A DNA stretch of 40,921 bases from Octopus sinensis (GCF_006345805.1 NW_021835332.1:1-40921), one strand, 5' to 3'; positions 1 through 11,805 are shown, counted from the stretch's first letter. The notes: generated by a model not told the origin, from the sequence alone. Program-made: numbers and translations.

Positions 1-213
1 AAACCTAGCTGATTTTGATTGTTTTTATATAAGTTGGTGGGAGTCTTCTGTAATTTGTTTATATTTATATGTTAAAGATATTTTTTAATCCACATCACTA
101 ACTGGTTGTTATTATTGAAGTCTTTATTATTTTTTTTTATCTTCTGCTGGTCTTAAACTATAAAATGTTCTACATATCTAAATTAAAAATAATTTTAAAA
201 AATTGATCAAATA

Positions 214-354
214 TTAGGTTGTCCCAAAAGTTCGTAAATACTTGCGAAAATTGAATTTTTACTCGCCAAGTACTAACAAAAACAACAAAAATTATTCCTC
301 AAAATAAAGACCATTATTTTCCAAGACTTTCTACGAACTTTTGGGACAACCTTA
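214..354 (-). mobile_element. Mariner-derived MITE (141 bp)
   Basis: Terminal inverted repeats TAttaggttgtcccaaaagttcgta (212-236) and tacgaacttttgggacaaccttaTA (332-356), 1 mismatch, with TA target duplication. The minus strand interior retains a transposase-like C-terminus, VLENNGLYFEE*. Confidence 0.88.
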
Positions 355-546
355 TAGAAATTGAATCAAACTTTCTGTTTGTTACTAGTGTTTATGGTAC
401 ATTTACTTTTCAGCAAGCTAAATAGTTTATTATAGATTTGATCATAAAAGAATTACACTACTTTATATTTCTATTTCATTGTTTCAACCAATACTTCATA
501 TGCCATACCAGATACTTCAATATGAATATTTTTTTTGTTATGTCAG

Positions 547-603
547 CTGCCACCACCAGTGGATTGCCTCCAAAAATAGAAGTAAAGGAAAATCAAAAGA
601 ACG
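547..603 (+). CDS. Cadherin exon A (57 nt, phase 1-1): xATTSGLPPKIEVKENQKNG, start of EC1
   Basis: Acceptor ttttttgttatgtcag, donor gtaagg. IEVKEN matches the EC-domain x(P/x)EN motif and the phase fits the next exon. Confidence 0.85.
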
Positions 604-730
604 GTAAGGAAAATTTTGTTTAATAGATCAAGTTAATTTTGCATCTTTTAAAAACACGATATAAATTTATTTCATAGGAAAACATCTAGAAAAGAGAGAT
701 AAGAATGATTAACTTCAGCTACACTATTAC

Positions 731-733
<3 letters not shown>

Positions 734-768
<35 letters not shown>
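734..768. repeat. (TA)n microsatellite
   Basis: Perfect TA run. Confidence 0.95.
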
Positions 769-771
<3 letters not shown>

Positions 772-2738
772 GAGGAAACATCAAGAAATATGTAAGTCTT
801 CTATATGAGATGTGTCTTGAATACCAACCCAGCTATAAATACTAAATACTGTCTCATAATACACCAGATTAACAAGGCAGAAAGCTACCTGCAAGACAGT
901 CATAATACCAATTCACTAGAATAACTCTCTGACTTTAATCCATCCAAATCAGTTGCTTTAATCTAATAAGTGAGAAACCAAGTGTGTTTACATTCAGAAT
1001 GTAAATATGGAAGCATTGAGAATTATGTAAACAAGTCTTCTAGCAATAATGTATCTCAAATGCCACTTCAGCCATAAATGATAGCTCATAATACATAAAT
1101 GTATGACATTGTATATGGCTAAATCAAAACTTACTACAAGCCTGTTGCAACATCCAAATAGTTTCCGTAAGAGATTTTTAAATAGAACTTCACACAGATA
1201 TATTGCTTTTTCAATCCTTCATTATTCAATTTAGGCAAACTGTGAAATGCACAGAAACAGACAATCATTCTAGCATGTGTAGATTAATGACTAACTGATG
1301 TGACTATATCAGATTTAAAGTCAAGGTCATTCATGCATGACATGATAGGTATGATGTTTAAAAATTTGGGTTTACCCTTATCATCATCATTGTCATCGTC
1401 ATCATCATCATCTTTTTCATGCTCCCATGGATTGGATGATAACCTCTCACCCTTCAGCACTTGCCATGACCCTTCACTTGCCAGGATACATGTACCAGAA
1501 GGGAAAGCTACCAATTTTTGTTATTTTGTATATCATCTACATGGGCTAATTTTTATTGTAGAAGTGAATGGGTGCATTCTTATTGTGCCACCAGCACTAT
1601 AGAGATTTTCGGCCAGGACTACAGAATTCTCTCTATCCTATATCTGATGTTAGTCAAAGTTACTGCTCACCTTGGTAGGTTGACTTCACTGTGGCTTGTG
1701 GAGATCACATATTCATTTCCTTTTATGTTTTTGACATGGTTTTTATGATCAAATGCCTTCCCACTGCCATCTATTTTACAGCATTGGTTGGGTGCATTTT
1801 ATTATGCTACCAGTACCAGGGCATTTATCTACCAATACAAAAGAGTCCCCTCATCACACACACAAACATGTACATGTGTATGTCTCTATAAAGATATGAT
1901 ACTGGATTATTTATTCATAAATCTTGAGTTCAGTGTAACAAAGAGCATTTCATTATTTATTTGGACTTAAGTTTTAAATAATAGACTCTACATATCTCAG
2001 TTCAACATCAAGATTATCTGTTAGATTATCTGATAATCTTAACTGCAATATACTATAGTTCTTCAAAGGGAAAATTTATTTCTTGTCTGCTAATGCCATA
2101 AAATCTGAAGCCTATTTTCAGTCATGTAGAAACAATATACCCATACACAAAAGGGAAAATAAACTACACAAACAAGGTCATACAATATTCATCAGAAAGA
2201 CCACAAATTTTAGCCAGAGGACAGTAGTTGAAGCAGTCTTTATACCAAATATCAAACCAGTTGCACAATAGAAAAGTATCAAATGAGGCATGGTAGTTGA
2301 ATATTTTTCATCTACATCTGTCACATGCATAACTCGTTTTTTTTAATGTCAACTGAAATGAAGGTTGTTGAAAATCAGTCATAATAATATTCGAAACAAA
2401 AGGCTTTAAATGTCTATGAGTTGTACTAGAATCAATAGCACAATAAACTGAAACCTTCAAAAATGACTAAAGCAGAACGAAAATACTCAGTGTACACATT
2501 GTGATCTTGGCTCAGTGTAATTCAGAAAACATTATTTTTTGGTAATTTAAGAAATGACTTATAAAAATGCAGTTAGCAAAAATACATGCTAATGTTTTAA
2601 TGTTTTTGATTCATAGTACTCAAAATAGTTTATAATCTTTAATCAATTAGAGAAGCACAGTGACTGTGCTGTGGGGTTAACATCCTGGGCTAATGACTGC
2701 TTGTATATGATTTCAAAATCTTCCTACTGGAACATCTT

Positions 2739-5497
2739 CATCATCATCATCATCGTTTAACGTCCGCTTTCCATGCTAGCATGGGTTGGACGATTTTGAC
2801 TGTGGGCTGGCGAACCAGATGGCTGCACCAGGCTCCAATCTTGATTTGGCAGAGTTTCTACAGCTGGATGCCCTTCCTAACGCCAACCACTCCGAGAGTG
2901 TAGTGGGTGCTTTTTACGGGCCACCAGCATGGGGGCCACTCATGTGGTACTGGCAATGACCACGCTCGAATACTTTTACACATGTCACCAGCGCAGGTGC
3001 CAGTAAGGCGATGTTGGTAACGAACACACTCGAATGGTGCCCTTCTACGTGCCACTGGCATGGAAGCAGTTGGCTGCTCTGTCAATGATCATGCTCGAAT
3101 GGTGCCCTTTAAGTGCCACTGGCACGGAAGCCAGTTAGCCGCTCTGTCAATGATCACGCTCGTATGGTGCTCTATGCACCCTGCTATCACGGACACCAGT
3201 CATCGAGTTTGATTTTGATTTTGATTTTGCTTTTGATTGATTTCACTTGCCTCAACAGGTCTTCGCAAGCAGAGATTTAGTGTCCAAAGAAGGAAAAGGT
3301 ACGCATAAGTGGGCTGGTTATGCCCCTGGCATAGGCCATGAGATTATGGTTTCATTTGGCATATTTCCAAAGGTCTCGGTCACTAGTCATTTCCTTGGTG
3401 AGGCCTAAAGTTCGAAGGTTGTGCTTCACCACTTCATCCCAGGCCTTCCTGGGTCTACATCTTCCACAGATTCCCTCAACCACTAGGGTGTGGCACTATT
3501 TCACACAGCTGTCCTCATCCATTCTTGCCACATGACCATACCAGCACAGTCGTCTCTCTTGCACACCACATCTGATGATTCTTAGGTCCAACATTTCTCT
3601 CAAGGTACACACTCTGTCGAGTATGCACACTGACATTACACATCCATCGGATCATACTGGCTTCATTCCTTGCAAGCTTACACATGTCGTCAGCAGTCAC
3701 AGCCCATGTTTCACTGCCATGTAGCATGGCTGTTCGTACACAAGCATCATACAGTCTACCTTTTACTCTGAGCGAGAAGCCCTTTGTCGCCAGCAGAGGT
3801 AAGAGCTCTCTGAACTTTGCTCAAGCTATTCTTATTCTAGCAGCTACACTTTCAGCACACCCACCTCCACTACTGACTTGGTCCCCTAGGTAATGAAAGC
3901 TATCCAATACTTCTAGTTTTTCTCCCTGGAATGTGGCAGAAGTTGGTCTCTGCGCATTTCCAGTGTTTATTGCTCCTGAGTATCTGCCACATACAAAAAC
4001 TATCTTCCCCATTAGCCTTCCTTTGATATTACTGCACCTCTTATGTGTCCATAGCTTACACTGGGTGCATCTTATAGAGTTTCTACCTACGCCTCTACTA
4101 CAGATTGAACAGGGCCATCTACCTGAAGGGATTTGTGGTTTGCCTGCCTTCCTATATATTAGGACTTTGGTTTTAGCTAGGTTGATTCTAAGGCCCTTCA
4201 ATTCTAATCCTTGTTTCCACACTTGAAACTTTGCCTCTAGTTCTGATAGTGACTCAGCAATTAGAGCAAGGTCATCAGCATAGAGGAGCTCCCAGGGGCA
4301 TCCTGTCTTGAATTCCTCCATTATTGCCTGGAGGACTATGATGAATAGGAGGGGGCGGAGGACTGAGCCTTGGTGGACTCCTACCTCTACCCTGAAGTCT
4401 TCAGTGTACTCGTTGCCAACCCTCACCTTACTTACAGCGTCCCTGTACATGGCTTGCACAGCTCTCACTAACCATTCATCTATCCCTAGTTTCCTCATTG
4501 ACCACCAGATAAGCGATCGGGGGACCCTGTCAAAGGCTTTCTCCATGTCAACGAAAGCCAGGTACAGGGGCTTATCTTTGGCCAGGTATTTCTCCTGCAG
4601 CTGTATTACCACAAATATGGCATCAGTGGTGCTTTTCCCTGGCACAAAACCAAACTATATCTCATCCAAGCTGGCTCTCTCCCTAATCAGTTGGGCTATA
4701 ACCCTCTCCGCAACCTTCATTACCTGATCCAACAGCTTGATACCTCTGTAATTATTTGTATCTAAAGCGTCACCTTTACCTTTGTAGCAGTTGACTATTA
4801 TGCTGCTACACCAGTCATTGGGTATAATTCCTTCGTGTATCACCTGGTTAACTATACGGGTGACTAGGCTATAGCCGACACTGCCAGATATTTTGAGCAT
4901 CTCTGCAGTAATTCCTGATGGGCCTGGGGCCTTCCCTGTCTTCATGCTTCTAATTGCCTTAGGAACTGTCAACTGAGATAGCTGGTTCCTCTGTTGGGTC
5001 GACATTTGGCAGACTCTCATTCTCCCATTCAGTTTCTTTATTCAGCAACCTTTCATAGTGGTGTCTCCAAACCTCTCTCTTTGCATCCTCATTCAGCGCA
5101 AGTGAACCATCATCTAGCTCCCCTTTGGGTAGTCTGATACAATTCCCTGCTACCACCGTTCTTCCAGTCCTTCCAAGCCTGTTTCTTTTGTCTAATAGCC
5201 CTGTCAACAACATTGTTCCACCACCAAGTTATTTTGGGTCGGGAGGGGACTTTGCACCATCCACAGATCTGGTCGGTGACTCTTAGCAGGTTGTTCCATA
5301 GGAACCTCCAGTAGTCTTCTATACCATGTGAAGCTATATCCCCTTCTATTTCGTCAAAGGGTTTGAGTAATATGTCCCTAAATCTCTTTCCATTTGCAGG
5401 ATCTTTAAGTCTTCAGACCCTTCTTCTCCTTGCCGGTCGTCTTCTGGGAATCCATTTAGCCCTGATCCTGAAGTCACTAACTACTAGTCTATGTTGC
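2739..5497 (-). mobile_element. RTE-clade LINE copy A: 5'-truncated and frameshifted, with RT domain, 3' UTR minisatellite and (GAT)n tail
   Basis: ORFs 3821-4645 (FVDMEKAFDRVP, HQGSVL, LLYADDLALIAES), 4655-5020 (KAPGPSG, NYRGIKLL) and 3515-3727 (MLHGSETW) are RTE ORF pieces. About 5 tandem 3' UTR units lie at 2908-3190. Confidence 0.95.
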
Positions 5498-5954
5498 AGG
5501 TTGCCTGTCCTATGTATCACATGACAAACACAGGACATATTTTCCTATAGCCCATATTTCATATTTTATACATATCCCCAATTTTTTCATTCACTAGAGT
5601 AGCTTGGGACTTTGGAAAAGAGTGTTTTATATTACTCAGAATATATGAAGCAAAGAATAACTAAAAGTCTGAAAACAATCGTAGACATTTAGGACAAACT
5701 TATGCAAATGTTTTTGACAGGTAAAGGGTTAAGCAAGGCACAAAATGTGTCTTGTTCCAGTTTGCTTGACTGGTAAAATCATTCTAGTAAGGGCATCCAA
5801 TTACAAAAAGAAATGTTTTCAATAAATGCCATCTTATCTTTTCTAGTATGCAAAAATTGATTATAAAACAGTAAAAATGAAAGAAAAACAAAATGCTGAG
5901 AATACCATGAATTTAATGCTATCATTTTTACTCATAGTAAATTTTCTTTTTCAG

Positions 5955-6130
5955 GCACTGTTGTTGCAACTGTTGAAGTGACTGGAAACAATTTCCCTAA
6001 ATTAACTTTAGTGGGAGATGATATACTGAAATATATAAAAGTAGTAGATAATCCTTCTTGTATTAATACTGCATCATGTAACAAGTTTGATTTGGTTACC
6101 GTAAAAGTAATTGACAGAGAAAAAGTTCCG
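5955..6130 (+). CDS. Cadherin exon B (176 nt, phase 1-0): EC1 core ending in VIDREKVP
   Basis: Acceptor attttctttttcag, donor gtatgt. Open frame GTVVATV...IDRE. Confidence 0.92.
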
Positions 6131-7284
6131 GTATGTACAAAACTTCTTGAAATAATTTCCACATGCTGACATTAATAAATAATGAAAATGAAATAAAATA
6201 AATAAAAAACAAAACAGCATTGTTGATAAGGGCATTTTCATTTATCTTTATTTATAAAACTTGTAGTCACTCAGTTGAAAATGGGATGAGACATAAAATG
6301 ATAAAAAGTTCATTGGTTAATTGAGATTATAGGCCCATTTGAGAGCACACTGTCTGAGAGTGGTGGTAGACTAAAGTAAACACAGAAGGTTTTGCACTGG
6401 TGACTATAAATGAGATGGGGAGGAAAGAGAATTTTGTACAAAATTTAGTCATGTCGACTGAAAAGTGTCAGATATGAGAATTCTTGGACATTAGTAAAGA
6501 TTTTCTTGATAACAAATGAGAAATCTCAGGTGCAATTTCGAAAGTGGAATATCTTGCAGATTGTATGAAGTCACAAGCGAAAATCAATTGTGAAGATTTC
6601 AGCTTTCCCTTGAATTGAGTTACAGTTTGAATAATTGCAGCAACAGCCTGGACCTTGCTAAAAGCATCTAAATATCCAGAAACTGGTTTAAAATCGAGCA
6701 GCATGTTATGTTTACTATTTCAAAAGTAGACTGTTTTTATCATGATACCAGTGATAGAGAGGTTGTTTTGAAGGACTTCGAACATCATCTTTCAGAGGAA
6801 GGTTCTTTTTCATTTTTGAGTAATGAAGCATCTAGGTGGTCTGCTTTATTGTAGAGATCATGTCTCTCTTGAGGTGAATCACTATTGTAGGAAGTATTAG
6901 GTTTACAGTATTTCCAGAGATATAGTGTAAAACAAAGTAAACTAGAAGTGGATTTGAAAATGAACCAATATTTCCTCAAGGACCAATAAAATGAATCTTA
7001 ACAAATAAAGTGTTGTATTAAAGAAAAGTGGTGTGAAAATGCAAAAGTATATTGGTATAGTGTATCAGATGAAGCATCAATAGCTCAGAGTTAGCTTAAA
7101 TTATTAAAAGGGAAAAGGCAGTGAATATGATTTGATTGGTTAGAAAGAAATGGAAAATAGTTGATCAAGAGAAAGAAGCATGACAAAGACTGTAAAAATG
7201 ATAAGAAACACAAAGTAGATATAATTTAACTGTAGTTCTGTAGTTGCAGGGTGTTGGTGAATAAAGCGTTATATATCATTGCCA

Positions 7285-7625
7285 GACAGCTGACTGGCTT
7301 CCGTGCTGGTGGCATATGAAAAAACATTCAAGCGAGGTCGTTGCCTGTGCCACTGGACTGGCACCTGTGCAGGTGGCACATAAAAAACACCATTTGAACG
7401 TGGCCGTTGCCAGTACTGCCTGACTGGCCCTCATGCCGGTGGCACGTAAAAGCACCCACTACACTCCTAGAGTGATTGGCGTTAGGAAGGGCATCCAGCT
7501 GTAGAAACTCTGCCAGATCAGATTGGAGCCTGGTGCAGCCATCTGGTTCGCCACTCCTCAGTCAAATCGTCCAACCCATGCTAGCATGGAAAGCGGATGT
7601 TAAATGATGATGATGATGATGATAT
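7285..7625 (+). mobile_element. RTE 3' UTR/tail copy (3 tandem units plus (GAT)n)
   Basis: Contains ggcgttaggaagggcatccagctgtagaaac...ccaacccatgctagcatggaaagcgg..taaatgatgat, the reverse complement of the copy A tail. Confidence 0.93.
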
Positions 7626-7833
7626 ATTCAGTATCTAGGCAGTGTGTAAGTTGCATTTATAGCTATACAGCCATGAATTTTACCATCATACTTTCACTAA
7701 ACAGTTGTTTAGTTCAGCAGTTTATTGTTTTAAATGAATTATTAGATTCATGGCCTTCTATTTATTTTTTCCCTTTTTTTGAGATAAGCATTATGTAATA
7801 CCTACTTTGAGTATCATTATGTATGATACTAGT

Positions 7834-8044
7834 TAAGGCAGTGAGCTGGCAGAATCATTACTAGACCTAACAAAATGCTTGGCAGCATTTCTTCCAGCCT
7901 CCAGATTCAAATTCAGCTGAAGTTGACTTTGTCTTTCGTCCTTTTATCATTGATGAGATAATTACCAGTTGAGCATTGGGGTTGATGTAATCGGTTAGCC
8001 ACCTTTCCCCTAAAATTTCAGGGCTTGTGTCTACAGTAGGAAGA
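7834..8044 (+). mobile_element. tRNA-derived (CORE-like) SINE with target-site duplication
   Basis: A-box-like gagctggcagaatc and decayed B-box gattcaaattc. Flanked by attatgtatgatact(a/g)gt at 7816-7833 and 8045-8062. Same family as 26441-26600 and 38188-38403. Confidence 0.85.
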
Positions 8045-8548
8045 ATTATGTATGATACTGGTATATGCATTATTTCTTTGTGGCTTTTATTGAGAATTTT
8101 GATTATATTTACAGAGGCATTTTCATTTGTTTTACTCTTACTAAAGTAATATTTGACAATTGCAAAAAGTATGGTAGGAAGATGAATAAAGTTAATGTTT
8201 TGTTGGAATATTTGAAAATGTGAGCCTGAGAAGATAAAAACAGGCAAAGAAGGGGTGCTTAAAGGAAGCATATCTGAGGAGGAAGGATTTCAAAATCTGT
8301 TTTGTTTGAAGTATAGGGTAAGTTAAGTTGGATGAGGTACTTTTAGCCAACTTGGTGAGAATCAGAGAGTGTGATATTATTAACAATGACATAGAGAGAA
8401 TATAACTTGATAATTGGGAGAAGAGTATTGTTGAATTAAGGTTTTGCTTATATTTTGCCTGTATCAGATATATGTACTGTTATTTATGTATTTATAATAA
8501 AACATTAATTTCTTGAATAGGAACATAATTCTTTGTATTATTTTGCAG

Positions 8549-8569
8549 AACGGATTTGTTGAGTTTACG
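8549..8569 (+). CDS. Cadherin microexon C (21 nt, phase 0-0): NGFVEFT
   Basis: ctttgtattattttgcag|AACGGATTTGTTGAGTTTACG|gtaaga. Supplies the expected strand between DRE and DG. Confidence 0.78.
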
Positions 8570-8694
8570 GTAAGAATATATACTTCTAATACTTAACTTT
8601 TTAAGAGTGGCCTGTTGTCATCATCATCTTCATTGTCATCATCATCATAATTATCGTCACCACCACCACCACCTTCCTCCTCCTCCTTCTCATC

Positions 8695-9130
8695 ATCATC
8701 ATCATCAGTAACATCTGTTGACCATGCTGGCATTCATATGATGGTTTGACCAGTGCTGGTAAGCTGAGGTACTGCACTAGACTCAAGTCTGATTTGGCAT
8801 GGTTTCTGTGACTGGATGCCCTTCCTAAAGCCAACCACTCTAAGAGTGTAATGGGTGCATTTATGTGCCACCAGCATGGGTGCCAGTTGCATGACACCAT
8901 ATCTGTCATGACTAAGATTCCACAGGACTTGATGGTTCATCTTCTCAAGCATATTGCCAAAAGTCTTGCTCATTTGTCATTGCCTCCATGAGGCCCAACA
9001 CTCAAAAGGTGCTTTTTACTTATCACATGCACAGGAGCCAGTTACATGACATCAGCATCAAACACATGATTTCACTTGGCCTGATGGGTTTTCTCCAGCA
9101 CAGCATATCACCAAATGTCTCAGTTATTAG
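8695..9130 (-). mobile_element. Degenerate RTE 3' end
   Basis: (CAT)n followed by ctggatgcccttcctaaagccaaccactc and decayed units. Confidence 0.85.
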
Positions 9131-9183
9131 CCATTGTCAGTAAGGTGAGAATTAACACCTTGTAGAGTTATATATATATATTT

Positions 9184-9535
9184 CATCATCATCATCATCA
9201 TTGTTTAACGTCTGCTTTCCATGCTAGCATGGGTTGGATGATTTGACTGAGGTCTGGCGAACCAGATGGCTGCACCAGGCTCCAATCTGATCCGGCAGAG
9301 TTTCTACAGCTGGATGCCCTTCCTAATGCCAATCACTCCGAGAGTATAATGGGTGCTTTTACGTGCCACCGGCACGAGGGCCAGTCAAGCAGTACTGGCA
9401 ACGACCACCCTCAAATGGTGCTTTTTATGTGCCACCTGCACAGGAGCCAGTCCAGCGGCACTGGCAATGACCTTGCTTGAATGTTTTTTCATGTGCCTCC
9501 AACACAAGTGCCAGTAAGGCGATGCAGGTAACGAT
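9184..9535 (-). mobile_element. RTE 3' UTR/tail copy (3 units)
   Basis: Closely matches the reverse complement of 7285-7625 by eye. Confidence 0.93.
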
Positions 9536-9542
9536 CATATAT

Positions 9543-9544
<2 letters not shown>

Positions 9545-9573
<29 letters not shown>

Positions 9574-10065
9574 GTTAACGTCCGCTTTCCATGCTAGCAT
9601 GGGTTGGACGGTTCAACTGGGATCTGGAGCCCGACGCTGCACCAGGCCAGTCAGATCTGGCAGTGTTTCTACAGCTGGATGCCCTTCCTAACGCCAACCA
9701 CTCCGAGAGTGTAGTGGGTGATTTTATGTGCCACCGACACAGGTGCCAGCGAGGCTGGCGAACGGCCACGCTCGGATGGTGTTTTTATGTGCCACCGACA
9801 CATGCCAGACGAGGCTGGCGAACGGCCACGCTGGATGGTGTTTTTATGTGCCACCGACACAGGTGCCAGACGAGGCTGGCGAACGGCCATCGATGGTGTT
9901 TTTATGTGCCACGACACCCAGACTGGCGAACGGCCACGCTCGGATGGTGTTTTTATGTGCCACCGCACAGTGCCAGACGAGGCTGGCGAACAGCCACGCT
10001 CGATGGTGTTTTTATGTGCAGGAGCCAGATGAGGCTGGCGATACGATCAGATGGTGATTTTTATG
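9545..10065 (-). mobile_element. Young RTE 3' UTR/tail copy with about 7 homogenised ~57-60 bp units
   Basis: CpG-intact tail. The unit gatggtgtttttatgtgccaccgacacaggtgccagacgaggctggcgaacggccacgctc repeats over 9716-10065. Confidence 0.93.
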
Positions 10066-10074
10066 TATATTATA

Positions 10075-11200
10075 TCATCATCATCATCATTTTGCATCCA
10101 TTTTCTATGCTGGCATGGGTTCGACAGTTTGGCATGTAGCTGGCCAGCTGGGAGCTGTCCAGACTCCAATTGTCTGTTGCGGCATGGTTTCTATGGTTCG
10201 CCTTTCCTTATGCCAACCACTTAACAGAGTGTGCTGGATGCGCATTTTACATGTTACCAGCATAAGTGCATTTACACAGCACCAGCACAGGTGCTTTTTT
10301 ATGTGGCCCCTACTATTACCCTGGCGGTGTCTGAAGCTTTTATGTGTGGAAGACAGCATTGTACTTAACTTGACATGTCTTATCAAGAATAGCAAATTGC
10401 TACATCTCCTTTGTCATTGCCTCAGTGAGGCCCATCTTCCAAAGATCTTTTCTCACCACTTTGTCCCACGTCTTCTTGGATCTACCCCTCCCGCAGGTAC
10501 CCTTCACAATTAGAGCTTAGCACTTCTTTACACACTTGTCCTCATCCATACACATCACTTGACCAAACCAGTGCAGTCTTCTCTCTTGCACACAGCATCC
10601 GATGCCTCTTATATCCAGTTTCCCTCTTGAATCATATACACTCTGTTGTGTATGCACATTGACATGACTCATCCAGTGGGGAATGCTAGCTTCCTTTCTT
10701 TCAAGCTTTCGGAAGTCCTCTGTAGTCAAAGTACGTTCACTGCCATGTCACATAGCTGTACATACACAGGCATCATACAATCTGCTTTTCACTCTGAGAG
10801 AGAGGCCCTTAGTTATCAACAAAGATAGAAGCTCTCTGAACTTTGCCCAGCCTATTCTTATTGTAGCAACTACACTTTCAGAATTTTCTCCACCACTGCT
10901 AACTTGGTCTTTTAGGTAAAAGAAGTTATCTACTACTTGTAATGAGTCCCCCGAGTGTTTGAGGGAATCTGTTGCTTGTAGATTATTAGCGCTTATTGTA
11001 CCTGCACATTTGCCTCACACAAAGACTCTATTCTCCATTAACCTTCCTGTGATGCCACTTCACTTCTTATATGTCCAAAGCTTGCACTGGGTACAACACA
11101 TGGAATTTATCCCAACACCCTTCTTACATAACAAGGAGAACCATCTCCCAGACGGGACTTGTGAATTGTCTGTTGAGTCAAGTAAAACCAAAATTGTAGT
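10075..11200 (-). mobile_element. RTE fragment: tail plus ORF C-terminus
   Basis: Minus-strand peptides GCCVQERRLHWFGQV and MCCTQCKLWTYKK parallel copy A. Confidence 0.9.
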
Positions 11201-11202
11201 TG

Positions 11203-11805
11203 TGGCCAGTGTCCTCTGACTGGTTCCGGTGCCAGAGGCAAATAAAAAGCACCATCCAAACTTGGATCCGAACATAATCAAAGCCAGCAACACCTGACTG
11301 GTCCCTGTGCCGGTGGCACGTAAAAAGCACCATCAGAATGTGGCTGATGCCAGTACCCTCTGACTGGCTCCCTTGCCAGTCACACGTAAGAAGTACCATC
11401 CAAATATGGCTGATGCCAGTACCCCTGACTTGCTCCTTTGGCGGTGGCATGTAAAAAGCACTATCCTAATGTGATCAATGCCAGGACTGCCTGACTAGCC
11501 CCCATGTTGGTGGCCCCTGAAAAGCACCATCCGAACGTGGCCAATGCCCGTACCCCATGACTGGCCCCATGCTGGTGGTACATAAAAAGCACTATCCAAA
11601 CATGATCAATGCCTGGCCTGCCTGACTAGCTCCTGTGTTGGTGGCATGTAAAAAGCACTCTCAGAGTGGTTGGTATTAGGAAGCGCATCCAGCTATAGAA
11701 ACATTGCCAGATCAGATTGAAGCCTGGTGCTGGCTCTCTGGACCTCAGTCAAACCATCCAACCTATGCCAGCATGGAAAATGGACTTTAAACGATGATGA
11801 TGATC
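11203..11805 (+). mobile_element. RTE 3' UTR/tail copy with about 7 diverged ~65 bp units
   Basis: An aaaagcac anchor recurs near 11243, 11322, 11390, 11455, 11521, 11586 and 11650. Ends in taaacgatgatgatgat. Confidence 0.92.

Noticed and set aside
358-396. Possible signal-peptide exon (FLFVTSVY + G|gtacat)
   Set aside because: The donor is weak, there is no in-frame ATG, and the upstream frame runs into the MITE.
2083-2271. Possible Penelope GIY-YIG C-terminus (RTVVEAVFIPNIKPV)
   Set aside because: Only a loose resemblance, with no GIY or YIG motif seen. Needs an HMM search.
3821-4645. 274-aa RT ORF as an active or domesticated gene
   Set aside because: It is a fragment of a 5'-truncated, frameshifted RTE copy lacking the endonuclease. 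Some frameshifts could be sequencing errors, but the truncation remains.
6440-6980. Coding-looking stretch, possibly an old TE
   Set aside because: No motif I can name in any frame and no splice-compatible cadherin sequence.
7837-7920. tRNA gene
   Set aside because: The A/B boxes belong to a TSD-flanked SINE with other copies in the window, and no cloverleaf is evident.
9716-10065. CRISPR-like repeat-spacer appearance
   Set aside because: The spacers are homologous to each other, the array sits in an RTE 3' UTR in animal DNA and there are no cas genes. The scattered 1-3 nt deletions between units may partly be long-read consensus errors.
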